A stretch of 64,000 nucleotides of DNA from a virus (Duplodnaviria > Caudoviricetes). The position numbers were made by a program, and so were the translations under genes. The notes under the pieces were generated by a model. It did not search any database and was not told where the DNA came from. It saw only the letters and a program-made list of their open reading frames with translations. Position 1 is the first letter of the stretch; every line of letters starts with the position of its first letter. The DNA lies in IMG/VR virus record IMGVR_UViG_3300027730_000005. One strand, 5' to 3'. Of the stretch, positions 8,716-18,112 are shown piece after piece.

Positions 8716-10148
8716 GATGTTTTGATCTTTCCTAACAACTGCTTGAGTTTGGTACTTTGCACATCTGCTGAGATTTTTGGATCTGACGAGTCATTACTAT
8801 CTTTAGGAGTCGGACGGTCCCACCTGCTGCCTGAATTGATAGATTCTGCTGGAGTGACTGACGCTTTTGCTTTGATAGAATCCATCAAGCTGGGTTTGCG
8901 GAACGAATTTTCACCGCCTTCGTCTCCAGCATCTGTAATACGCATAGTGTCAATATCATATTCAAGATCAATTTTTTGTCCTACTCCTGTTGAACTGCGC
9001 GACTTCATACATTGAATTTGATACTTGCCACGCTCTTTCATTTGTCTGCTGGTAAGGATACCAAACACATTATCTGCTGTGTTGATCTTGCTAATACCAC
9101 CTGAAATATGACTGTGGTCAAACTCTACTTCTTCTACAGCTGATCGATTCAACTGACTTGCAGTGACCATGAGTATTTGTAATTCTTTGGCCAAATTACG
9201 TAGTTCTTCACTCACATATTTGTCTTTAACAAACAAATCATTAGGACTTACTTTTGCGCTCACTGGCATCAACAAATCCAAATAGTCAATCATCACAAAG
9301 TCCACACGCTTGCCTGTTTGAATTTGATATTCTTTCAAGTATGCTCGTATATCATTGATGTTGCTCTGTGCCGGTAATCCTTTCACTTGATAGTTTCCAG
9401 ATTTCTTACCCACTAGTTTGACTTTGAGCTCAGTGGTATCAATATCTTTACGAATATCCTTGGTGCTCATGTTGGTCAGCATAGCATCAGTTCTTAGACT
9501 TGTGAGTTCTTCACTCAACTCCAATGTGATGTACACCCCGCTCAATCCTGTTTGTACCCAATTCAATGCTATGTTCATCATGACCAAACTCTTGCCCGAA
9601 CCCGACCCACCAGCAAAGATGTTTAATTCACCGCGACTGAATCCACCATACAACAGTCGATCCATCTGCGGCCATCCTGTGCTGACTTGTCCGCCAGAGT
9701 TGAAATACTTTTCAATTCTACCCTTGGGATCAGCAAAGTAATCAGTGCCCATGTCTTTAGTCAAGCTGATTTGCACAGCATCTTTGATCAGTTTCTCCAC
9801 TGGATCATAATCGCCTTTTTCCAACAAGTCTGCTGCTTTGAGAATTGCACGTTCCAGTTCTTGACGGCGAGTGAATGCTTCAAACTCTGTCATGAACCAT
9901 TCAAAGTGTCCTTCGTTCAGCTCCGGCACTGGTTGTAGTTTCACTCCTGTTGTGGCTGATATCTGTGCTCTATCAGGAAGTGTTTTGTATTTGTCTCCGT
10001 GTTCTTTAAGAAACTCAGCAGCTGGTCTCAAACTTCGATCAAAGTTTTCTGGATTATAGATGTTCTGTACACGTACATAGCCTTGTGCGTCTTCCAACAT
10101 CATTTCCAAAAATAACTTTTGTACTTCAATAGAATAATCTTTAAGCAT
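8712..10148 (-). CDS. gp41: Replicative DnaB-like helicase (T4 gp41 type)
   Basis: Walker A GGSGSGKS, YITLELSE, VMIDYLDL, TASQLNR, K.R arginine finger (MKSRSS). Confidence 0.93.
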   Translation of the reverse strand: MLKDYSIEVQKLFLEMMLEDAQGYVRVQNIYNPENFDRSLRPAAEFLKEHGDKYKTLPDRAQISATTGVKLQPVPELNEGHFEWFMTEFEAFTRRQELERAILKAADLLEKGDYDPVEKLIKDAVQISLTKDMGTDYFADPKGRIEKYFNSGGQVSTGWPQMDRLLYGGFSRGELNIFAGGSGSGKSLVMMNIALNWVQTGLSGVYITLELSEELTSLRTDAMLTNMSTKDIRKDIDTTELKVKLVGKKSGNYQVKGLPAQSNINDIRAYLKEYQIQTGKRVDFVMIDYLDLLMPVSAKVSPNDLFVKDKYVSEELRNLAKELQILMVTASQLNRSAVEEVEFDHSHISGGISKINTADNVFGILTSRQMKERGKYQIQCMKSRSSTGVGQKIDLEYDIDTMRITDAGDEGGENSFRKPSLMDSIKAKASVTPAESINSGSRWDRPTPKDSNDSSDPKISADVQSTKLKQLLGKIKTS

Positions 10149-10153
10149 GATTA

Positions 10154-11140
10154 TTAAGAACTCCGTATTCTTTTAACAAGATTTTTCTTTCTCATTTCAA
10201 TTTTGATTCGACTGGTTTCACGATTTTCAAATATAGTTAGCAGAGTTGTCAACCTACCATAGCGAACCACGCTGTCATTCACATCCTTGATATCTGCGGG
10301 CCACGGTGGCATGCTTACTGCCCATCCTAGTTCCACAGCACGATCCACAAGTTCCATACCTGCTGAATCTTGATCTGGCACCACAGTAATCTCTCGGCCA
10401 AGTCCGCGAATTAGTCTAGCTTGTTCATCTGATATAGTGTTGTGCATTACTGCTAGGCCACCAATACTGAGTGCATCAAATATACCCTCTACTACAATTG
10501 CATTGGTCCAATCCGCATGTTGCAAATCTGTGCCAAACACATATCCCTGTTGGCTATCACTGATGTATTTGGGTGTTTTATTATCCAGAAATCTGCGAGT
10601 ATATCCCACAATGCGATTATCATGAGTAAATGGTATGATTACATTAGGTCGTGTTAGGAAGGAACGTTCTCTGTGCAATTCTATCATCAATGGATAATCA
10701 TCTGGCACATGTCTGTTTTGTACATAAGTTCTATACGGTTCTTGATCGACCAGCAATTCGCTAAAATCTGGTAGTTCACGTTCTTCAAAATTAATACCTG
10801 CTAATGTAGAATACAGTCGCTGCCGGTCATCAACGATACCGTATATGCCTCGATGTCTTAGACTTTCTAAGTTTAGCATATCAATTTCGGTGATAGGCAC
10901 ACCCATCCAGCTCAAGAGCCTACGGGCCTTATAACTCAGTGTTCGGCCAAGGATAAAGCTGGCGGTGTAGTTGCAGTTGAAGCAATGATAGCTCCACCCT
11001 TGTTCCGTAGGCTTAATTCCACCACGATTGCGTTGATCTTTTGTACTGCCATTGTGTTGACAACATACTGCATTGAAACTGGTCCAGCCTGACGGTGTGG
11101 TCTTTCGTTTTGCTGGCAAGTATTCAAGGATATCTAGCAT
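10154..11140 (-). CDS. gp61: DNA primase (T4 gp61/DnaG type)
   Basis: Zn-binding CCQH...YHCFNC; TOPRIM VVEGIFDA, VPDQD, KDVND. Confidence 0.92.
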   Translation of the reverse strand: MLDILEYLPAKRKTTPSGWTSFNAVCCQHNGSTKDQRNRGGIKPTEQGWSYHCFNCNYTASFILGRTLSYKARRLLSWMGVPITEIDMLNLESLRHRGIYGIVDDRQRLYSTLAGINFEERELPDFSELLVDQEPYRTYVQNRHVPDDYPLMIELHRERSFLTRPNVIIPFTHDNRIVGYTRRFLDNKTPKYISDSQQGYVFGTDLQHADWTNAIVVEGIFDALSIGGLAVMHNTISDEQARLIRGLGREITVVPDQDSAGMELVDRAVELGWAVSMPPWPADIKDVNDSVVRYGRLTTLLTIFENRETSRIKIEMRKKNLVKRIRSS

Positions 11141-11142
11141 CC

Positions 11143-11877
11143 TTACATTGTAGCAGAGTCTATGGTAGAAATCAACTTTTCAGTAATCATTACGTGGCCA
11201 ATTTCATTGGGGTGGCCTCCGGGCATGACAAGTTCGCGATTTCGATTTCCAGGATGGTCTCGAAACCAAAGTGTAGTTGCAAAGTTGGGCCAAATTATAG
11301 TAGGGGTGTTTTTCATTTCACATTCAGCTGGCATGATGTGAAACTGCATTATAGGTATGTTGTGTCTAGCAGATACTCCGTCAAAGAACATCACAGTCTG
11401 TTGATAGTTTAATCGTGTGAGTTCAGCACAGTTGGTCAATACCAGTTGTTGCTTGATCATGGTACGGAATTCTTCAGGTACTACACTGCTTCCAAATTCC
11501 ACCCAGGTAGAATGTATGAACTTGTTCCAAGGTGGATCGTTGGAGTAACTACGATGATTAGGATTGTAAAAGCTAAGTCTGTCAGAATCAGTGTGTCCTA
11601 CCAATACCAAACATTGTTCTGGATTGGGTTCATGCTCTAACCACCATTGAAATGTCCAAATTGAACTTTGCATGGATCCACCTGGGATGCCAAAATTTTC
11701 AACAGGTACATTGTAATGTTTACCAAGCAACCCTAAAAAGTTATGATTGGTTCGATATGTAGTATTCTGTACCCAACACGAGTGTGCATCAGAGTGTTTT
11801 TGTGCTAGTGCTGGATCCAGTAACTCGTCACCATACATCCATGAGTCACCAAATCCTACAATTTTTTTATATTTCAT
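11143..11877 (-). CDS. SGNH/GDSL-like hydrolase
   Basis: Block I VGFGDSWMYG, block II FGIPGGS, block V GGHPNEIGH. Confidence 0.7.
   Translation of the reverse strand: MKYKKIVGFGDSWMYGDELLDPALAQKHSDAHSCWVQNTTYRTNHNFLGLLGKHYNVPVENFGIPGGSMQSSIWTFQWWLEHEPNPEQCLVLVGHTDSDRLSFYNPNHRSYSNDPPWNKFIHSTWVEFGSSVVPEEFRTMIKQQLVLTNCAELTRLNYQQTVMFFDGVSARHNIPIMQFHIMPAECEMKNTPTIIWPNFATTLWFRDHPGNRNRELVMPGGHPNEIGHVMITEKLISTIDSATM
11147..11175 (-). promoter_or_regulatory. Sigma70-type promoter for primase
   Basis: TTGATT-N17-TACAAT; ATG 6 nt after -10. Confidence 0.6.
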
Positions 11878-12962
11878 CTAACTAGTATGCTTACAATGGC
11901 TCCACGATTGATACTGATCGCAGCAATCTGATTGCTGCGTTGCGGATTGGCTACATATCCCTGACCACCATTAATAACATTTATGGCACTTACTGAGTTG
12001 CCTTCAATTTCTGCTTCGGCCACAGCACCAGCACCTAGACCAATGATATTCACACGTGGTGGTGCTAGATACCCGTATCCAGACTGATTCACAGTGATAC
12101 CAGTAATCACTCCATTGGCTCCGTAAGCTGTAGCAGTGGCCAATTGTACCTGTTCTGTACCCGGCCATTGATCTGACACAAGTCTCAACAAAGGATGATA
12201 TCCTAATACATTGATATAGGCTGTACCAGTTTTATTGTAATAGCTTTGCTGTTCAGTAACATCTACCCAAACTGATTCATAATTTTGAGCACCTTGTGCT
12301 TTGACATTTCCAGTAAAGTGATCCATTTCCATCTGGAACGTGGTCAAGCTGCTGCCATTACTGTCCACATGACTGCTAAATCGTTGCGGATCATTGAAAA
12401 CATTTCCAAATGCACCTGGTGGATTTAATGCCCAGTCTGGATAATTGGAATTGAATACAGGATCTATATATGCTTCTGGACCGTAAATGGTAGGAATAGT
12501 TACCAAATGGCTGGGTACAAAAGCAGGTTTTACACTGTCTACAATATCCACGTCGCCACGAGCTTGGGCTTGTGCATCTACAAACACAGCTTCTACTAGA
12601 TTACCGCTGGCACGTTCTATACTGTAGCTGCTGGGGTCAGGTGGGAATTCAGAAGTTTCTGCAGAAGTTAATGTGACTTTGGCTCGCCCGTATTGTGCAT
12701 TGATAATGACCATGTCTTTTTCAATCAACTGTGCAGTACCTGCTAGATTGATCAATTTGAATCGTAATTCAGACCCTGTGATATTCACAGGCTTTTGGTC
12801 TTGGTTGACAAACTCAAACAAGATCACGTTGTCAACACCTTTGTTGATGGTTAATTTTTTAGCGTACACAGGGTCCCACCTCCGGTCAAAATAAGCACCG
12901 CTGGAATCTAAGACCAACACTCGTTGGATTTGTTGATAGATATAGATCTGAGTTGAATACAT
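11874..12962 (-). CDS. Probable virion/baseplate protein (BppU-N-like start, Gly-rich beta C-terminal module)
   Basis: LTINKGVDNVILFEFVNQDQKPVNITG; C-terminal ITVNQSGYGY...INVINGGQGY; likely start ATG 12962 after TAAATA and GGAG. Confidence 0.55.
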   Translation of the reverse strand: MYSTQIYIYQQIQRVLVLDSSGAYFDRRWDPVYAKKLTINKGVDNVILFEFVNQDQKPVNITGSELRFKLINLAGTAQLIEKDMVIINAQYGRAKVTLTSAETSEFPPDPSSYSIERASGNLVEAVFVDAQAQARGDVDIVDSVKPAFVPSHLVTIPTIYGPEAYIDPVFNSNYPDWALNPPGAFGNVFNDPQRFSSHVDSNGSSLTTFQMEMDHFTGNVKAQGAQNYESVWVDVTEQQSYYNKTGTAYINVLGYHPLLRLVSDQWPGTEQVQLATATAYGANGVITGITVNQSGYGYLAPPRVNIIGLGAGAVAEAEIEGNSVSAINVINGGQGYVANPQRSNQIAAISINRGAIVSILVR

Positions 12963-13022
12963 ATGGTGCTCCAATGATATTTACCTAGAGTCTCCGGGTA
13001 TAAATATCCAAACTAATACAAT

Positions 13023-13400
13023 ATGGGCAGAGACTTATTTCAAAAACTTGCAGACAAATATCCGTTTATAACGCTGTGTGTGTACGCCACCAACGAATAT
13101 GTAGGTATCGTGCAGAATAGAGATGATATAATCACCACTATCTATGACTTTGGAAACGTAAAAGATCTAGAACAAAAACGTCGATACCTGGAATTGGCCA
13201 ACACCTGGTGGTGGGAATCAAATCGTAGTATACCTATTAACATATTCCTACGTGGCGAATGGGACGAATTCCGCGGATGTTTAAGAACTTTTGTAAACAA
13301 GGACTTGGAAATACTGCATGGTCCTGTATGCAGCTTAAACGATATTGCCCGTAGAAAAGGCAAACGCAAATCAATTACCTTGGTCAGGCGTATGGAGTAA
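13023..13400 (+). CDS. Hypothetical protein
   Basis: 125 aa, full TATAAATA at 12999-13006 upstream; WWWESNRSIPINIFL. Confidence 0.8.
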   Translation: MGRDLFQKLADKYPFITLCVYATNEYVGIVQNRDDIITTIYDFGNVKDLEQKRRYLELANTWWWESNRSIPINIFLRGEWDEFRGCLRTFVNKDLEILHGPVCSLNDIARRKGKRKSITLVRRME

Positions 13401-13940
13401 ATTCATATGTAGCGCAACTAATGCTGCATATCCCACAGCATGAGCTTTTTTGAATACATATCCTCGGCTGTCATCGCCATCCCATACTGATTCAAATACT
13501 TGAGACCAAGGCTGATTCTGCAAGTGTGCTTTGCCCGGACGTATCACACTGATAAATGCTGCCATTCTGGGAATAGAGTCAGGCCGCATACTTTTTAACA
13601 ACTGAGTGTAGTTGCCAATATGAATCAACTGGTTGGCCCATTCTGAATCTTGCCACAATCTATCCCACGGCGGTGTGGCTGTTAACATTTGTTCATAATG
13701 TGCAGGATCTGTTACCAAGCTATAAACACTCATGTTCAACAAGTCAATCTTGAAATAGCCTCTTGTTTCTGCGGTTTCGTAATCCAAGGCTGCACATCCT
13801 AGTATTGGATCACGTGGAATATCTGTAACGTAGATTCCTGAGTTGTGCTTTTTTCCATTGCTTTGCCGTGCAGCGGTGTGCTGTATCAATGCCAACACAG
13901 CATCTCTATTGGGCATGTCAATGTCAATATCTGCACTCAT
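13371..13940 (-). CDS. Miniature DNA polymerase III alpha (DnaE, family C)-like protein
   Basis: DIDID, KHNSGIY, FKIDLL, SVIRPG, GYVFKKAHAVGYA in DnaE order within 189 aa. Confidence 0.8.
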   Translation of the reverse strand: MSADIDIDMPNRDAVLALIQHTAARQSNGKKHNSGIYVTDIPRDPILGCAALDYETAETRGYFKIDLLNMSVYSLVTDPAHYEQMLTATPPWDRLWQDSEWANQLIHIGNYTQLLKSMRPDSIPRMAAFISVIRPGKAHLQNQPWSQVFESVWDGDDSRGYVFKKAHAVGYAALVALHMNLLHTPDQGN

Positions 13941-13944
13941 AATT

Positions 13945-14637
13945 TTACCATCCTGCTTGTGTTAAGATTTCTTTTGCGTAGGCCTGGTCTGCCGGATAAT
14001 CCACAAACTTCTTTTGCCATACGTCTGAATCAATATACGGCCATATTATTGCCACTTGTTCTGCATTGAGTTCATTCAAGAACTTCTGTCCTGATTCACT
14101 ATTATAAATTACCCAAGCACTTATCCTGCCAGTGGTGATTGCATAGCATGTGGCATTGATACTGCCATATCTCAAACAATCGTGTGCCGATGCATGTTGC
14201 TTTTCACTCCACCCTATACCGTGTTCAATGGCTCGAGCCAATGCATCATCCACTGATTCGCGACGCACATATTCCACTAGATATTCTGTGTATAGTTTGT
14301 CGCTGCACCAGTTGTCTATCTTCTTGTTGTTCTTCAACAACCATTCTATGAAACGCACGGGATTGATCACCTTGACATCTACACAATATCTACCCCACTT
14401 GACAAATGCACGGTAATAAGGAGATGTGGCAAAGTCGTTCCACGTCTTGACTTTGGCGGATCCTTGGGTGTATTCGTAGAACTTTAGATACCCTTGTAGT
14501 CCTAATTGCACGCCACGTTCTGCAGATTCCTGATATCGTTTCTTCTGTTCACAAACATGCACACTCAGACTAGATTCCTTGCTGAATGATCGATTGCAAT
14601 ACTTGCATGTGAAATTACTTGTCGTTGCCATGGTCAC
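13945..14637 (-). CDS. Hypothetical protein with N-terminal C2H2-like zinc finger
   Basis: FTCKYCNRSFSKESSLSVHVC = Cx2Cx3Fx5Lx2HxC. Confidence 0.7.
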   Translation of the reverse strand: MTMATTSNFTCKYCNRSFSKESSLSVHVCEQKKRYQESAERGVQLGLQGYLKFYEYTQGSAKVKTWNDFATSPYYRAFVKWGRYCVDVKVINPVRFIEWLLKNNKKIDNWCSDKLYTEYLVEYVRRESVDDALARAIEHGIGWSEKQHASAHDCLRYGSINATCYAITTGRISAWVIYNSESGQKFLNELNAEQVAIIWPYIDSDVWQKKFVDYPADQAYAKEILTQAGW

Positions 14638-15058
14638 GTATGAGTTGTGTGACTTCTTTTTTAGTGGTCATTGTGGCCATCAAATCAATTTCATCTTCTT
14701 TGAAATGCGGATACAATTCTCTCAATTGCTTCTTCATGGCTGAATCACCAGCTTCTTTCTTTTTAAGTGAGATCCAACTATGCCGCCTGGCACCCATACC
14801 CGGACTGGCTGCTGTGGCCATGAGCCATTGCAGTTTGGGATGCCGATGCATAGTAAAGAAGTGCTTGTTGAGATAGTGATTCACACTCTGCACATAGTAT
14901 TCCTGTAGTTCCTGGGCACCGTCTACTGTGCTGCCCCAACGAACCATAAGGAACGTGCTGAATTTCTTACGTTCTTCAGGAGTAAGCTCATCGTAGAACG
15001 CTCGATTCTTTGCGTCCATTTGCCGCATTTCGTTGCTGATGTTTAGTTTATCGCTCAT
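14615..15058 (-). CDS. Clamp-loader small subunit-like (T4 gp62 type)
   Basis: FSTFLMVRW...VNHYLN...HPKLQW...RHSWISLKK...LRELYP pattern; replication context. Confidence 0.55.
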   Translation of the reverse strand: MSDKLNISNEMRQMDAKNRAFYDELTPEERKKFSTFLMVRWGSTVDGAQELQEYYVQSVNHYLNKHFFTMHRHPKLQWLMATAASPGMGARRHSWISLKKKEAGDSAMKKQLRELYPHFKEDEIDLMATMTTKKEVTQLIRDHGNDK

Positions 15059-15294
15059 TTTGTCTTGGTAAGATGATAGATCATTATAGCACGTTCTAGT
15101 GCATCTTGTAAAGTGGGATTGGTATCAGCTGCTCGACGTATGTTGCCCCAGAGCTTGTCTTCCTGGATGTGTTCGTACAAGGGTCTACCGTCTGATGTTC
15201 TGCTGTCATATGATTCTACCAACTCACGGTCTGTACAGCCCGAGTCTCGACGATACACAGTATTACCACCATCAGGACTTTCAAACACTGGCAT
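15055..15294 (-). CDS. Small hypothetical protein
   Basis: VFESPDGGNTVYRR N-terminus; ATGA coupling to the next gene. Confidence 0.7.
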   Translation of the reverse strand: MPVFESPDGGNTVYRRDSGCTDRELVESYDSRTSDGRPLYEHIQEDKLWGNIRRAADTNPTLQDALERAIMIYHLTKTK

Positions 15295-15297
15295 AAT

Positions 15298-16110
15298 TTA
15301 CTCGTTTAATGTCATGGCATCTTTAAAATTCAAAGTTGCTCCATTGGTACGCCATTGTTCAGCAACCAGACGATGCGACCAGTACTGTGAGTCGTTGGCT
15401 GTGTCTACTCCTAATGTGATTTTGTTCTTGTTCTTAAAGGTGGTATCAAATGATGCGTCTTCAAACAACATTGGAAAATTAAACACACCGCCCAATTGCA
15501 GATACAGTAAATTTTCTATGATAGGCCCGTAAGGAACTCCATTAAGATAAATGAAATCCAGTTGATAACTGTTGTACCCTTGGCACACTCTATCTAATAA
15601 AAGTTTAACATAGGATCTTCTGAACAACGAATGTGCTCCCCACCAACGTCCACGTGTTATCTTTAATGATAATTTGGGATCACCAGCAGGATTACAGTAA
15701 GGCATCATGACTTTGGTCAGTTGCACGCCATTCCAGTGCATGGGTAGATTTTGTACAAACTCGTCCCAGGTAAAATTCCAATGCTTTATGCTTTCAAAGC
15801 TAACGTCATCTTCACAAAAAATAGCATATTCTTCATCAGTGGAAACATACCAATTTCTCAAAAGATTTATGTGAGATATTATAGTGCCCATCTGTGTGCG
15901 AACTTCGGGCATACCCAATCCTGTGCCTGTTACTTGAACATAATCAGATATTTTTTCAAATCTTTCAGTTAGGTATACATTTGTTTTTGTAATACCATAA
16001 TGGTCAAATTGATTTTGCATGTATGCTCTACGGTCCGTACTTTCCCGCAAACTGGTATAGTTTACTGAAGGAAAATTTTTAAGTTTTTCACTGTAGGATA
16101 ACTCTGCCAT
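15298..16110 (-). CDS. Glycosyltransferase family 25-like
   Basis: SLRESTDRRAYM, SHINLL, AIFCEDDV. Confidence 0.7.
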   Translation of the reverse strand: MAELSYSEKLKNFPSVNYTSLRESTDRRAYMQNQFDHYGITKTNVYLTERFEKISDYVQVTGTGLGMPEVRTQMGTIISHINLLRNWYVSTDEEYAIFCEDDVSFESIKHWNFTWDEFVQNLPMHWNGVQLTKVMMPYCNPAGDPKLSLKITRGRWWGAHSLFRRSYVKLLLDRVCQGYNSYQLDFIYLNGVPYGPIIENLLYLQLGGVFNFPMLFEDASFDTTFKNKNKITLGVDTANDSQYWSHRLVAEQWRTNGATLNFKDAMTLNE

Positions 16111-16113
16111 GAC

Positions 16114-16614
16114 CTACCACGCTTTATTGTAATCAACAATCTCACAGTTACGACTGATATCTTTAACAAAATACACACAGTCCGGTTGTGGGTCGTCATT
16201 AATAGGAACGCATAACATCTGCCCATTTTTTAGTTTGGGTGCATACCATGACACTTCTTGATATACATCCACAATTTCTATAGGAGGAAAACTTGGGCGG
16301 AAACTGGAGAGAGGATTAAACTGAAAAAGTTTGAATCCACGGTCATTAATACTGGTGAGTGGTAACGTTTCCAGGTCGCCTACATCAGGTTCACCAATCA
16401 ACACTTGCCAATCCATGGGCATTTTGATTCGAGCATCACCTATCTGCAAAACCAATGCAGGTGCATTAAAACTTTCCAGGAAAATTAAAGGGATGTAATG
16501 GTAGTCAGGATTGGCTGGATCAGAATTATCTAATATAGCAAATCTCATGTCATCTACTTCTTCGGGTAAATGTGTGAGATCATATGGTCGGTTGTCTAAT
16601 GTAAGGATACGCAT
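16114..16614 (-). CDS. Hypothetical beta-rich protein
   Basis: 166 aa, preceded by TTGCAT-N17-TACAAT (16621-16649). Confidence 0.8.
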   Translation of the reverse strand: MRILTLDNRPYDLTHLPEEVDDMRFAILDNSDPANPDYHYIPLIFLESFNAPALVLQIGDARIKMPMDWQVLIGEPDVGDLETLPLTSINDRGFKLFQFNPLSSFRPSFPPIEIVDVYQEVSWYAPKLKNGQMLCVPINDDPQPDCVYFVKDISRNCEIVDYNKAW

Positions 16615-16620
16615 GAGTTT

Positions 16621-16649
16621 ATTGTACTGTATTTTTTATAAAAATGCAA
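16621..16649 (-). promoter_or_regulatory. Sigma70-type promoter
   Basis: TTGCAT-N17-TACAAT; ATG 6 nt after -10. Confidence 0.65.
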
Positions 16650-16651
16650 CC

Positions 16652-18112
16652 TCATTGCCAGTTTAATTTTTCCTGAGTATAAGGATATTCAGCATCATTA
16701 TAGTAGGCCTTGCGCTTGGCCAGGTGGCGTTTGCTGAATCTGCAGGTTGATGTGATATCCCAAATCTGCACATGATCTTTGTCTTCGGCTTTTCTGATGC
16801 CACGACCAATTGATTGAATTACTCTGGTGAAACTTTTTCCCGACTCGATCATGACCAAATTAAAGATTCTTGGTATGTTAATACCCACTGCTGCTACACC
16901 ATATGTGGCCACAATAATTTTGCCAGTGGCTGTGGCCACTTCGTCGTATTCTTCCTGCCGCGCAGCACCTTTGGTTGCACCCGAAACAAACACTGCTCGA
17001 TCACCCAGCCTTGCAACTAATTCATGCCCGGGTGCCACTCGATCTACCAACACTAGAGTGTTACCAGTTTCATTAACTTGCAATACCAACTTAGCAATGG
17101 CATCCAAGCGCCCTGATTCTTCTAATAGATATTTTAGTTCTTGCTGATAAGTCTTGTGTTCTACTGTGTCTACCATTTGCACTACATTCACGTGACATTG
17201 TGCCAACACACCTCGATCTTGAAGTTCACTGGCAGCCAGTTTTGAAATCACTGGACCAAGACTTACTAGCAATGCCTGACTTTCAAACGTTTCTTTGGGT
17301 ATAGTTCCTGTCAATCCCCATCGAATCGGCACTTGCGCCATCACCGTGGTCAACAAGGTTTTTAATGCATCTGCTTTGGCCATGTGTACTTCGTCTACTA
17401 TTACACAAACAACATCTTCAATGAATTCTTGTATGGTGCAATCACCTATGCCGTTCTTAGTATTCTTCATGAGATTGTTTAGACTTTGCCAGGTGCATAT
17501 GGTGTGACTCCGGCCATATTCTTTTCTATCTCCAAAATAAACACCCACATCTAGTTCCATGTTGATGTAGTCTTTTTCTGTTTGTGTCACAAGACTTTTG
17601 TTGGGTACAATCACAATGCTGCGACCATACTTGCTCACAGCATCACTCAGTGCAGCAGTCATAATGGTCTTGCCTGCACCAGTGGCCACTTCTTGTAGGC
17701 ATTGCGGGTTGGCTAGAAAATTATTGATAATTTCCACCTGATAGTCACGTAGCTCAATGGGTTTGCCTGCCATTGGGTGCTTGTCTGGCCAAGCTTTGTG
17801 GGCATAGGTCTGTTCGTGTACTTGATCAAACTCAAATGTGGTTGTGTAGGTGCGTTGGTCATCTAGCTCAACATCATAATTGTGTTTATCTAGAATGGGT
17901 AAAATTTCAGGCAACAAGTTTACATAAGTGCTGCCACCAAGTTGGAAGTAGGCCACTTTACCATCCCAGCGTCCCAGTCTCACTGCTGGTAGATACCGTG
18001 CGTAAGGTACATCGTATTTGAATTTCTTTACTAGATCTCTGCGAGTGTCGAGATCCAGACCTTCAATTTTGATGTTGACTTCGTCTCGGATTATTATGGT
18101 TGCTTTTTTCAT
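16652..18112 (-). CDS. uvsW: UvsW-like SF2 DNA helicase
   Basis: LRDYQ, ATGAGKT, DEVH, GLTGT, QSIGRGIR. Confidence 0.92.
   Translation of the reverse strand: MKKATIIIRDEVNIKIEGLDLDTRRDLVKKFKYDVPYARYLPAVRLGRWDGKVAYFQLGGSTYVNLLPEILPILDKHNYDVELDDQRTYTTTFEFDQVHEQTYAHKAWPDKHPMAGKPIELRDYQVEIINNFLANPQCLQEVATGAGKTIMTAALSDAVSKYGRSIVIVPNKSLVTQTEKDYINMELDVGVYFGDRKEYGRSHTICTWQSLNNLMKNTKNGIGDCTIQEFIEDVVCVIVDEVHMAKADALKTLLTTVMAQVPIRWGLTGTIPKETFESQALLVSLGPVISKLAASELQDRGVLAQCHVNVVQMVDTVEHKTYQQELKYLLEESGRLDAIAKLVLQVNETGNTLVLVDRVAPGHELVARLGDRAVFVSGATKGAARQEEYDEVATATGKIIVATYGVAAVGINIPRIFNLVMIESGKSFTRVIQSIGRGIRKAEDKDHVQIWDITSTCRFSKRHLAKRKAYYNDAEYPYTQEKLNWQ

Noticed and set aside
16114-16614. Possible Hint/intein-like fold (IEIVDVYQEVSWY)
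   Set aside because: No N-terminal Cys/Ser nucleophile, TxxH or terminal HN; resemblance too weak without a structure search.
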